DNA from: a virus
Taxonomy: Duplodnaviria > Caudoviricetes
DNA: 42,199 nt
IMG/VR virus record: IMGVR_UViG_3300050331_000104
Location: 1-42,199 of that record
Direction: 5' to 3' (one strand)
Shown here: positions 9,496 to 19,900 of the stretch, one piece after another
Layout of the letters: every line of letters begins with the position of its first letter
Position numbering within the stretch: the stretch's first letter is position 1
The notes under the pieces: generated by a model
Databases searched by the model: none
Told to the model about the DNA's origin: nothing
The model's input: only the letters and a program-made list of their open reading frames with translations
Made by a program: the position numbers and the translations under genes

Positions 9496-9897
9496 TTACT
9501 CCTTGCGAATCGAAAACCCCAAAAAACGCCCAACCACCACCGGCTTTTTTCTTGGTGCCAGCTTGAACCGCTCATCCTTGAGCAAATGAACGTGCATCGT
9601 ACCCCCACCCATGGCCAGATGCAGCAGCTCAGTAAACCAGAGACGGGCAATCTCCAGCGCCGTAGCGCGTTGGGTCAGGTACTTTTCTGGGCAGTCCTCC
9701 GGTGGATTCAATGCCGCCTTCCATATCTCTGCTGGGATCTTCTCAGCTTCAAAATACAACTTGTCCAGCGGTGCAGCCGGCACAATCCCTTTGCTCAGTA
9801 CGTCTTGCACATGCGCCAGCGCAGCCGGGTACATCCGGCTGGTATCCACGTCCAGGCGACCATCTTTTTCAGTAACAAAAGAGATTACATCCAGCAT
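9496..9897 (-). CDS. Hypothetical phage protein
   Basis: 133 aa ORF in the operon with GAGG RBS. Confidence 0.6.
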   Translation of the reverse strand: MLDVISFVTEKDGRLDVDTSRMYPAALAHVQDVLSKGIVPAAPLDKLYFEAEKIPAEIWKAALNPPEDCPEKYLTQRATALEIARLWFTELLHLAMGGGTMHVHLLKDERFKLAPRKKPVVVGRFLGFSIRKE

Positions 9898-9899
9898 AG

Positions 9900-10358
9900 T
9901 TAGACCTCGTTAATTCGGCTTTCAAGATTTTGCAGGGTGAGCGTTTGCCCGTCACTCACGCTGCGATCTGCGCCTAGATCCCAGTACGCATCGACCTCCC
10001 GGCTCCCGACCGTAACATTGTCGTCAGTAAGCAAGGCATACCGCGCCCCGCTTCCACTGACTGGGATCGGCCCCCCCGCAGCGGTCCACACCACATCCTT
10101 GACTTGCACCAGAGCACGGTCGTTCACGTCGTCCTCGGTAAGCACGTCAAAGTCAATAGCGTTACGGGCAAGCTGGATTCCGCCGCTGGTGTAGCCATTG
10201 CCGGCTGCGATCTCGGTGTGATCGCTCATCAGGTTCGAGTCAGCCGTAGGCGCAACCGCCGAAGTGACCAGCGCCACATAGTAGTTGGTCGGCGCAGCGA
10301 CGGCCCGGTACTTCTCTGCCAGGGTGTTATATTTCCCGCGATTGGTCCAGCCAGCCAT
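9900..10358 (-). CDS. Virion structural protein (tail-fibre-like N-terminal family)
   Basis: YVALVT, TEI..GNGY..GG..L, D..WTA.GG.I motifs common in phage tail-associated proteins. Confidence 0.65.
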   Translation of the reverse strand: MAGWTNRGKYNTLAEKYRAVAAPTNYYVALVTSAVAPTADSNLMSDHTEIAAGNGYTSGGIQLARNAIDFDVLTEDDVNDRALVQVKDVVWTAAGGPIPVSGSGARYALLTDDNVTVGSREVDAYWDLGADRSVSDGQTLTLQNLESRINEV

Positions 10359-10361
10359 GGG

Positions 10362-10655
10362 TCACACTCCAAACTGGTATTGCAGGTCAGCACTTACTGC
10401 TTCCTCAATTACCTTGATTATTGTGTTTATCCCAATCGGAATAACCAATGGGGGATCTCCTGACTTCAATTGGAAGCCGGTAGTAGCTGTCGGTACTGTA
10501 CCGTCCAGGGTGAAGCGCACATTCTGGGCATGTGCCTGCATCATGATCTTGCTTGCTCCAGCCGGGACAGTCAAAGTCTGCGCGGCAGCAATAGCCAAGC
10601 CGTCGCTGTGCGCTCCAATCGGATTGAAAAATAGTGCATCTCTCCAGTCTGCCAT
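10362..10655 (-). CDS. Small beta-sandwich virion protein
   Basis: VRFTLDGTVPTATTGFQL motif; ATG at 10655 with AAGGA RBS. Confidence 0.6.
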   Translation of the reverse strand: MADWRDALFFNPIGAHSDGLAIAAAQTLTVPAGASKIMMQAHAQNVRFTLDGTVPTATTGFQLKSGDPPLVIPIGINTIIKVIEEAVSADLQYQFGV

Positions 10656-10657
10656 AA

Positions 10658-11677
10658 TCACACATCCTTTATTGTTAGGATCAAATCGGGTGCAACAATC
10701 TTCAGGTCGCACTCGTCAATTAGCTTGTCAATCACCTGGACTGCGCCGGAATTGGCGTACATTGTGGAGCGCGCATCCAGGTATTCCTGCCATACCTTTG
10801 AGTCCTCAGTCACTGCATGGGCGCTGTGCTTCTCGTTCGTTACCGCTTTCCAGTATTCCATGTGCTCATGGTAGGCGCGCCGCTGCTTCTCTAAGTTCTG
10901 GCGGCCCAGGTAGTAATCTGATTCACTCATCAGCCGGGTTAATACCTGAAGTGCGCCCTCGTGCATACTGGCATATGCCGACATCTCCATTACTGCATCC
11001 CGCGCACTCGTGTCTCCCCCGTTATACTGAGCGACCAGGGCGTGCATTTGCTCAGTATATTGTCTGCCGCGGTCTTTGTAGATCACCAGCAGTTGTTCTG
11101 TTCTCGGCCGGGGAATGTTTGGAACGCCGTCATATCCGTAGATGTGCGCTTTGCACAGTTCAGACTTGGGATGTAAAACAACTTCGATGCCCCGGCCAGT
11201 AGCCAACCCGATCATAAACTCAGCCCCGAATCGCTGGTATCCATACTCGGTGTCGGATAGCATTTCGATCCCGTATATCTCTACACGGTCCCAGCGTTCG
11301 TAGATAGCAAGCGCCAACATAAAACTGAAGCTACTGGTAAAGTACGGATTAAGTTCATCCCCGCGCCTCAGACTGCCAAACAGATCAGCTACCACCTCAT
11401 CATACGGATAGCGTACACTACTCGGTATTTCGGGGTCAATCTCTTGCATCACAATCGGACAGGTCGCCGTGGTCAACCAGTTCCAGTACGCCTCCCCGCT
11501 CGGTAGTTCTTTTCTCAGGAACCAATCTTTGTGGTGCATCTCGAATAGCCGGTCAATGCGCGGGATCTTCTCCCCCATCACATACGCATGATTGACCGTC
11601 CAGAATTCGTCGGCCTTACTATCGACCACGTAAGGCATGGTAAGGTTGCTGAATCCAACAATCGCTACTGTTTTCAT
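10658..11677 (-). CDS. Rossmann-like phage protein, possibly related to sialyltransferase/Maf (MptE-like) folds
   Basis: KTVAIVGF, W.VN, D.LFEMH, TSS..FM.ALAI, I.IYG.EM and EY..QR motifs. The fold assignment is inference. Confidence 0.45.
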   Translation of the reverse strand: MKTVAIVGFSNLTMPYVVDSKADEFWTVNHAYVMGEKIPRIDRLFEMHHKDWFLRKELPSGEAYWNWLTTATCPIVMQEIDPEIPSSVRYPYDEVVADLFGSLRRGDELNPYFTSSFSFMLALAIYERWDRVEIYGIEMLSDTEYGYQRFGAEFMIGLATGRGIEVVLHPKSELCKAHIYGYDGVPNIPRPRTEQLLVIYKDRGRQYTEQMHALVAQYNGGDTSARDAVMEMSAYASMHEGALQVLTRLMSESDYYLGRQNLEKQRRAYHEHMEYWKAVTNEKHSAHAVTEDSKVWQEYLDARSTMYANSGAVQVIDKLIDECDLKIVAPDLILTIKDV

Positions 11678-11685
11678 ATTGAGTG

Positions 11686-11709
11686 AAGGGGCGAGTTTCC
11701 CCGCCCCTC
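11686..11709 (-). terminator. GC-rich stem-loop after the capsid genes (weak terminator or mRNA stabiliser)
   Basis: Minus strand AGGGGCGGG-GAAA-CTCGCCCCT with a GNRA loop, but no U-tract. Confidence 0.55.
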
Positions 11710-11717
11710 GTTACTGA

Positions 11718-12119
11718 TTAGTGAAAGCTGGTCAGCCGGGACCATTCCGTACCCACGTTCTCCACGACGTAGGCTTGCGCGTCGCTGAAGTTCGGGGAGT
11801 CAGTGGCTGCTCCGGTAAGAGAATATTCCACCAGGATGTACCGCTTTTCGGTATTGAAGGGGACGATGTACTCCCCAGCGGTCAGGATAGCCGGCGATTG
11901 GCCCACGATCTCATCGTCCGTGGTCACTGCGGCCGCTGTACTGGCATGCACGATAACGGTCAGCGTAGGCACGGTAGACACGCCAGTCGCCATAACATTC
12001 ACCTGAACAGCCATGCCGCTCAGGGGGGTGCCTTCAATCTCTACCACCGTGCTGTTACCATTGGCAATCAGGGGCACGGTCGAAGGCGGACACGGTAAAA
12101 GAGCATCACGAGTAGGCAT
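11718..12119 (-). CDS. Capsid decoration/cement-like protein
   Basis: Immediately after the major capsid gene; small beta-rich protein with a KRYI...Y motif; strong AAGGAGGA RBS. Confidence 0.55.
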   Translation of the reverse strand: MPTRDALLPCPPSTVPLIANGNSTVVEIEGTPLSGMAVQVNVMATGVSTVPTLTVIVHASTAAAVTTDDEIVGQSPAILTAGEYIVPFNTEKRYILVEYSLTGAATDSPNFSDAQAYVVENVGTEWSRLTSFH

Positions 12120-12134
12120 TGTTCATTCCTCCTT

Positions 12135-13136
12135 TTAGGTCCAGTTCGCAGCACCCTCGACGTTCCAGCCGCGAGTGATACCGTAAGAACCGAACCCGGC
12201 CAGGCCGAGCCACCAGTCAATGCGGGTCATCTTGGAAGGCTGGGTGGAGAGCTCGCCGCCTGCCAGGGGATCATAGACTTCCATCGGGGCCAACTGAATA
12301 CCCACTACGCCCTGCTCTTCGTTGAAGCTCACTGCATAGATGGATGTAGCATCCTGCCCAGCATCGCCGGCTACCTCAGTTTCGGTGATGATCTCGGTGG
12401 ACTGGTCTTTCTTCAGGCCCATGTCGATCAGCGGTGCACCCCACAGAGTAGGGATGGTCCGCCCGAAGGAGTCTTGCGTGGTGGAAAGCCAATTGCCGCC
12501 GCTTGCCTGGACGTAGCGCACAACACGCCCGACACCCCAGAGAATGCCTTCGTTGCAGAAGTACCCATTCACCTGGCCGCCGTTGGTATAGGTGTTCATC
12601 TTTTCGAGCCCATCAATGAACGCCCGAGCATTCGCAGCACTCGCCGTTGGGTCCAGAGCAGCCGCATTCGCAGCCGCAAACCCCACCGTCTGGCGAGTCG
12701 GCATTCCGGCGACGCGTTTCTTCAGGCCCTCGAAGCCATCAGGTTCGTTGGCATGATCGCCGTTGATGAAGTAATCATTGAAGTGGAATGCCATCGAAGC
12801 GAGCTTCATGTCCATCTGGAGCTGCTTCGGGTCAGTGATCATCGAGCCGGAGATCTTGTCCAGAACCCGGTCGAAAGTGATATCTCCGCCAAGACCGTAC
12901 ACACTTTCCCACACCTGTTCGGTGTCGCCGCTCTCGTTGGAAGTGTAGCCCGCGTTCAGTTGGCGAAAGTCAACCGTGGGCAGAGTACGCCAGCGTAACG
13001 CGATAGACTTCAGCGAGTTCACATTGGTGAACGGCAGCACTTCCATAACTTTGGCCTTGCGCAGCAGGTTCATGATGACGCCCTTGCGCAGGGGATTGTT
13101 TTCCAGCTTGGCTAGTTGAGCAACTGTAATACCCAT
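12135..13136 (-). CDS. Major capsid protein
   Basis: 333 aa; LPF, LP.V.FR.LN.GY, FINGD...P.GF.GL..R and TSIYAV.F motifs; follows the scaffold gene. Confidence 0.88.
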   Translation of the reverse strand: MGITVAQLAKLENNPLRKGVIMNLLRKAKVMEVLPFTNVNSLKSIALRWRTLPTVDFRQLNAGYTSNESGDTEQVWESVYGLGGDITFDRVLDKISGSMITDPKQLQMDMKLASMAFHFNDYFINGDHANEPDGFEGLKKRVAGMPTRQTVGFAAANAAALDPTASAANARAFIDGLEKMNTYTNGGQVNGYFCNEGILWGVGRVVRYVQASGGNWLSTTQDSFGRTIPTLWGAPLIDMGLKKDQSTEIITETEVAGDAGQDATSIYAVSFNEEQGVVGIQLAPMEVYDPLAGGELSTQPSKMTRIDWWLGLAGFGSYGITRGWNVEGAANWT

Positions 13137-13166
13137 TGCTTATTAGCCTCCTCTCTCCCCAACGAA

Positions 13167-13901
13167 TTACCAAAGGCCTTGCGTCTTTGCAATCCTTAGT
13201 AATTCTGCTGGGTCGGTAATATCTTGGATAGGGTTGGCCTGGTGCGCTCCGGTTGCGCCGGCCCCGGTGGGGGTGCGCCCAGGTGCTTGCATCGGTGTGG
13301 AGGCAATTCGCTGGCGTTTGGTTTCGATAGCTGCTGCAATAGATAGCAAGAAGTGATCTTCGTCTGAATTATCCACTAGCTTAACTTCAGGATCATCTTC
13401 ATTGATGGTGATTCCCGCAGCCTTCATTAATCGCCAGGCTTGAGCAGTAGTCGGATCGATGGCCTCACTGGACGGAGCTTCAGGATTAGGCTTCTCCTGT
13501 TGCTCAGTATGAGTGGGGGGTGGGTCGGCTTGGCTGTACGCATCTGAGATGACCTTGTTGCGAAGTTGCGCTTCTTGCATCGGTGTAATCTCAATGCCGG
13601 CGCTTTTCTGGACGTTGATCATCTTTTCCAGCGCAGCTAAGTCGGCCTGAACTTTTCCAGAAATCCTCTTGTCTGCACTTCGAACCAGCTTTTCTGCTCG
13701 CCAGTAGGCACGTTCCTCGGCTTCACGAGCGAGTTTCTCAGCTGCTTCTAGAGTGATATAAGAAGGTTGTGTTGCGCTTGACGCATCCTGGCCCGCAGGG
13801 GGATTGACCTGAGTTTGCCCTGTCTCTGAATTCCCAGTCGAGCTGGGGGGATCAGAAACCTTCCCAGGTTCAAATGCAACGACCTTATCTAAATTACCCA
13901 T
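13167..13901 (-). CDS. Capsid scaffolding protein
   Basis: Low-complexity helical protein directly upstream of the major capsid gene; ATG at 13901 with GGAGGA RBS. Confidence 0.6.
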   Translation of the reverse strand: MGNLDKVVAFEPGKVSDPPSSTGNSETGQTQVNPPAGQDASSATQPSYITLEAAEKLAREAEERAYWRAEKLVRSADKRISGKVQADLAALEKMINVQKSAGIEITPMQEAQLRNKVISDAYSQADPPPTHTEQQEKPNPEAPSSEAIDPTTAQAWRLMKAAGITINEDDPEVKLVDNSDEDHFLLSIAAAIETKRQRIASTPMQAPGRTPTGAGATGAHQANPIQDITDPAELLRIAKTQGLW

Positions 13902-13916
13902 TGCTTGTCCTCCATA

Positions 13917-13966
13917 AATCATTATACATGAAAAATCGTCATTGTCTATAAAATATACGCTGACTA
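13917..13966 (-). promoter_or_regulatory. Late promoter/operator, copy 1 (scaffold-capsid-tail operon)
   Basis: Minus strand TAGACA-N16-TATAAT; 45/50 identical to 28690-28739. Confidence 0.75.
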
Positions 13967-13979
13967 CTGACCAGGCGCG

Positions 13980-16900
13980 TTAGGTCTCAGCCAGCGCAAG
14001 TTTCAATATCCGCTCAACATAATCGTTGAAGTTCTCTCCCGGCGACCCGGCTTGTTCCCAGGTCATGCGCAAGTTACGACGTGCACCTACGCCCAGCTCA
14101 TCCTTGCCATAGTAATAGCCGAGCAGCTTCCGGGTAAGTGCCGGGGTAAATTCCTTGACGTTTACTTTCGCCAGTTCTTCCGCGCCGGCTGCATTCTTGC
14201 GCACAGATCCTACTGCGCTCCTGGCCGCTGCGCTGTCCGGTCCGGTCCAGGTTCCACCCACATACTCGAACCCGTATTCTTTCAGCTTGGCCTTACCTTT
14301 GGCGTCTACCCGACCGGCGAAGGTGATCTTCCCGTTGGCGTAGGTCACACTCGGGCCGCTCTTAGGCTTGCTGGTATACCCGGTATAACTTACTGAGCCT
14401 CCCCCGCTTTGCGTGTAGTTACTCTGCGTGCCGTATCCCATGGCTTCTGCAATCTGCTCAGTAGATTTGATGTACGGGATCATATCCGGGTTGTTGGTCA
14501 GGTAGGCACGTTGCCAGTCCCAGTACGCTTTCAACTCGGGGTGTTGGGTGAGGTAGGCTTTGCGTTTGTTCTTGGGTAGGTCAAAGTATTCATCCTGCGC
14601 CGAGTACACGTCGGGGAACATCTGTGCTTTGTCTGCTTTGTATTGGTAATATCGCTGCTGCACCTCCGGGGATGCGTACTTAACTTTGCTGTCTTCGCCG
14701 ATCACATGCGGGATCACTTCTGGATTCTTAGCCAGATAGGTATCTCGCCAGTCCCAATACTTCTGCAGCTGCGGGTTGTTGTCCATAAATACTTGTTGCT
14801 GTGCTTCAGGCAGTACGAAGTAGAATTCCTGGAGCGCACTAATCCCGGGGTATTCCTTCTCTCTTGTGTCTTGATACACCTGATAAGACTCCGCTGTCTG
14901 CGCAGGGGAGAACTGCAATCCACCGCTGATCACCTTACTTCCGCCTTCTACCTCGGGCACATACCCGCCCATCACCTGCGACCAGTACGCCAGGGTATCA
15001 TTGTCAATCGCATCATACGACCGGGTTTCTTTATCCAGGAAAGCCTGCTGAAACAGATCCCCGAGCTGGTCTTGTGCTTCTCGTTTATACAGGTCGGGCA
15101 GGTTGCGCCAGGCGTTCCACACTTCACTGACCAGGAAGTTCTTCGTCCGCTCTTCCGGGTTGTTCCAGTCACTCATCAACAGCCGTGCGCGGTACTCAGG
15201 ATGTTCTTCGAAGAAGGTAGCAACAGCTTTAGAATCCCCACTGTCAATGGCTTTACTAAATTCCGCTTGCAAGTCGCGCTGGATCTGCTCGCCCTCAGGG
15301 AAGAAGTCCAACCATAGTGCGCTGCCGAAGAACCGGGTTGCCTGCACTTTCCCTACCTGATCGGTTGCTGCTTCAAACGCTGGACCCGATCTCTCTACCA
15401 TGGCACGCGTGGCCTCTTCTGTGCTGATCTCCCCGGTTGCTGCCATGTTCGCAAGCTGCCTATCCAGGTAGAAATCCCAGAACTCACCCCGCTCGGGCAG
15501 GCCGACTGCCTTACGAATGCCACCCTCGATATTAATTCCTCCTGGTGTTATGCCGGCTGTGGCACTCTGGATCATTCGTGTCACCGGTAGCTGGCTGATG
15601 TTCTCTTTCTTGCCACGCATCAGGTTGACTGCAATGCTGATCGGTAGGTTGGGCGCACTCATCAGGGTAATGAAGTCCCATGGATTGCTGGTCTCATCCT
15701 TCAATTCGATCTGCGCCTGGGTTACTGCCTTCTCCCACACTGCACCGCTCTGGGTGCTCAACGCCTGCGATGCTTCTGCTTCGCTGATCTGGTCCTGTCC
15801 TACCCAGTCCTGCAGGATATACTGTGCCCGCTTTGTGAGCTGGCTCTTCTGCTCAGTATATTGTTCCCACGGCTGGGCAAACATCTCGAACGGAAACACT
15901 TGATGTAACGGATCGATGTACACTCCACCGCCAGCCCAGGCTGGAAGGAAGGGCACCGGGATGCGCATCTTGTCTGCCAACCGGGTCGGGAATCCGGGCG
16001 CCTGGTTGATGTTCCTTTGCGCCTCACGCATGCGAGCGTAATTAGCGAACCACCCCGGCTTATCAATCGCCCGGACTGCCCAGTTCATTACTGAGCGGGT
16101 ATACCAGAATTGGTAGGGGAAGATTGCCCCGGCCAGGTTATCTGCGCCATATCGCCGAGTATAGTTAAGTAATGCCGCATCCCGCCGGCTTTCTCCCCAG
16201 CGAATACTGGCGAGCTTAGTGTCTGCCATCTGTCCCTGGACCATGGCCATGTATTCCCGCAGTGCTCGCTCAGTGTTCAGGTCCAGCTCTGCGCCCTGCA
16301 CACTCGTCCCCGTTTTGCCGTCCGGTCCCAGCATGCGGGTTTCGATGCTTTGTAACATAGGCCAGATGGTTTCGTCCCATAGCTCAGCCTGTGCCGCGGC
16401 CTGGGGTATCGCTGTATCGTACTGGTCTACACTGCCCAGGGGAAGATCAACGGCAGGAGGTACGGCATCCGGGTCAATCGCGCCGGGAGGTAACAGCTCC
16501 TCATCCATCCGAGCTACTTCATCGATACGATCAAACAACTTACTGAGCACATCCTCGGGTAGTCCGGTCTTTGTCGGGTCTACCCCTTCATCCAACCAAT
16601 GTCGAAAGACTCTAACTGCTTCATCGTCGTATCCTGCGTGAAGCAGATAAGGGATTGACGCTGGGGATTCTGTGGGAAAATCACCCTTCAGCGCATCGAT
16701 GATCAGTTCTTTGATCCGGTACAGCGTGGCATCCTTGCCCTTTAGGTAGGTATCTTTTTTGTTGATGATGCGCTTGAAAGCGTTCTTAATTGTTTCTCGT
16801 TTGTGACCCTCTTTTAGTAAATCCAGATACCATTGCTGGTTGCTGGTCCCTCCCTCAAAAGTTTCTTCGAGTGTGCGTGGATCAATCCCGGATGCGTCAA

Positions 16901-19900
16901 TCGCCTTGCCCATTGGCGCCTGGCGTTCAGGTCCGGTACTGTTCAGAATATCCAGGAAGTATTTAGCCGCCGTCTCAATATCATCTGAGATCAGCTTGCC
17001 AATCGGGGACACTTCCAACTCAGCGCGAGGAGCTTCTTTGAAATCAGGAAGAGCAATTGAATCGAACTCACCGAGCGGTATCCCTGCCTCTGTTGCCTTC
17101 TCTGCCTTCCGTCTCTCAAACGCCTTGCGCGCTACCACCGGATCAACGTCCAGGATCGTCTTATACTCTTTCGCTTCCGGTCCGCCGTACTTCTTGGCAA
17201 TCGCAAGGATATGCTTGTCCGCGCCCTTGCTGGGTGAGCCGTCCGCTTTGGCCGTGGCAATCTCAAACCGCACGGCAATCGATCTTACGGTTGCTGCTCT
17301 TTGCTCAGTAGTAAGGGTGACGTCTTTGCGAATCGGTCTTGCCTGTGCCTGTGTTTCGGGTGCCGCTGGTCCTTCCCCGCCCACCAGTTTACGTACACCT
17401 TCTACATTCGCTTTCATCCGCTCGACGATCATCCGCCGGTAGTCATCATTCAGGAACTGGGTCCAGGCTGCTCGCCGGTCTTCTGCGCCCAGGTCTTTGA
17501 TGCTATCCTGGAAGGCGGTAATCTCCCGGATCATGTCTTCCCGTACCGCACGCGAACCACGCCGCCATTCCGCTGCACCAGCCGAGGATCCGGGACCGAA
17601 CTGCGCCTCGAATAACCCGACGAAGATATCATCCATCTGGGTCTGGATCTGGATTTCCTGGTTACTGGTATCCTTGAACAGCCGGCCTATATCTTCCTGC
17701 GCACCATTCCAGGCTGCCTTGCGTTCGGCCGCATTCTTATACTGAGTATTGAAGAACTTATCCAGGATCGACCACTTGTCTTTATAGAACCGCTTGTAGT
17801 TGTCGGCATTCTTCCCGATCAGATCCACAAACGTCTTGGTCGCTACCGTATCAATCCCCAGCGCCTTGGAGATCCCGTCGTACTTGGCCTGCTTGTTCAA
17901 CCAGAAGCGTTCCCACTCCGCTGTTTCCCTGGCCTTGACTTCCCGGTAGTATGCTCCCCGCTGTCCGGGTGTCATGGTCTCAGCTTCTGCGAACGCCGCT
18001 TCCCAGTTGTCAAACCCTTGCAGGTGCCGGGTTGCTTCTTCCAATTCAACCTTGTCGTAGATATCTAATGCCGCCTGGAATCCTTCACCCTTTACACGTT
18101 CTGCTGCTTTGCCGGCTTCGTTCTCTAGCTCGGTCTTGGCGGCTTCATCAAAGCTCTTCTGTACATGTTCATACAAATCTGAGAAGGCCTTATTGATCTG
18201 TGCATCCGTTGGATCGCCTTTGAGTCGATCAGCCAGGAAGTCATACGCTCCCCCTGTGCGTAGCATATCCGCGGCGTCGGCTTCACTCAATCCAAACTTG
18301 GCTGCTACATCCGGGATGAACGCATCTACACTGCGCCGCGTGACGCCGGACCACAACTTTGCCTCTACCTCACCTTGATTGAGTCCACCCTTGATTGCGT
18401 CGTACACCAGGCCGGATAATCCAGGATCAATGTTGTTGAGTGCCGCCTCTAATTGCGTGGGCATCCGCTCAAACCCGGTCCCCGGTTTCCATAGCCTGCC
18501 CCATGCCTGAAGGAATCCGCTGGTATAAGCCTGCGCACTGGACCACTTCTCTACATCGCCGGACATCTTCGAGAAGATACCAACCTTGTCGCTTGCTTTG
18601 CTTGCCAGGTCATCCACCTTACTGAGTACACCGGGTGCCGTCGCTGCTTCACGAATCGGTTTCAGGTTGACCGCTTCACCACCGCCGGCTGCTCCTACAC
18701 CTGCGCGTAATCGCTCGGGTACCACACCCACCCGTGCCCAGATTGCGTCGATCGTTGCTTGGGGACGTAAACCAAACACACCCACACTGGCCATGGTCAC
18801 GATGTTGTTCACTGCGTTATTGACAAAGTAAGTCGGGTTCAATCCCAGTAGTGCTAATGACTGCGCTGCCTTGACCGTGTGTCCCAATCGAATAAAGGCG
18901 GGATCAGGTTTCACATCGTGCCAGTCTGCCGCCCAGCGTGCCATGTGCTCAGTAGATGCGGCGTACAGTTGTGCCCGGAACACGTCTTCATTGTGAGGTA
19001 GTCCATCCTTGACAAATACTTTCCCGATCTCTTGCAGCTTCGCCGGGGTGAGCTCCTGTGCATCGAACGCCCTTACAATCTCTTTGGCTGCATCACCTCC
19101 CAATGTGCGCGCCTGGTTCACGTACTGCTGGAGGAGTATCTTGGCGTCTTTCGTATTGCTCAGTTCAATCAAGAGATCATCGACGCTCTTGCCTGTTACC
19201 TTGGCAATGTTGCTCAGTATGTCTCTCTGGTTGCGGGTTGCAGTCCAGGCTGTTAGCATATTGTCGGAGATGTTACTGAAATCTTTTAGCGCCGGGCTAA
19301 GTGCCGCACCTTCCGGTGCATCGATGAACTTCATACTGAGCTCGCGTGCCAGCATGTGGGGTGTGTTGCCCAGGGCATGGACGAACCTGACCATCTCTTC
19401 CGGTGAACCCTTGGCGGAGTCCAGGATAATATTCAGATTCAACGCGCTGTTATTCACCAGCTCCGCAGCTCTTGCTGCCGGGGTGAGTGATCCAATATAC
19501 GACCATCCCAGCTTTGCCCCATACGCTCCACCACCCACTGCCCCGAGTACCGCCCCAACTGGACCACCCAAACCGAACCCGAGGATTCCACCGGGAATTC
19601 CACCAGCCGCTGCGCCACCCAGACGATTGAAACGACCAGGCTTCGGAGGATTCAATCCCTTTACTTCCCCGCCCTGAGTTAACCCACCTAACCATTTAGA
19701 CACGGCGCCCATCTTACTGAGTTCTTCTACTGGCACCTGAGTCCTGAGCAGCTTGCCATACATGCTGGCTGTGTCGGTCAATCCCCGGCTGCTCTCCGCT
19801 GCAATCCTGAGCAGGTCGTTGCCGCCAATCTTTGCCAGCGGTGCCACTACTCCCCTTGCTAGAATGAGCGGGGTATAGTTCAGGGGATCAGCAAAGATGT

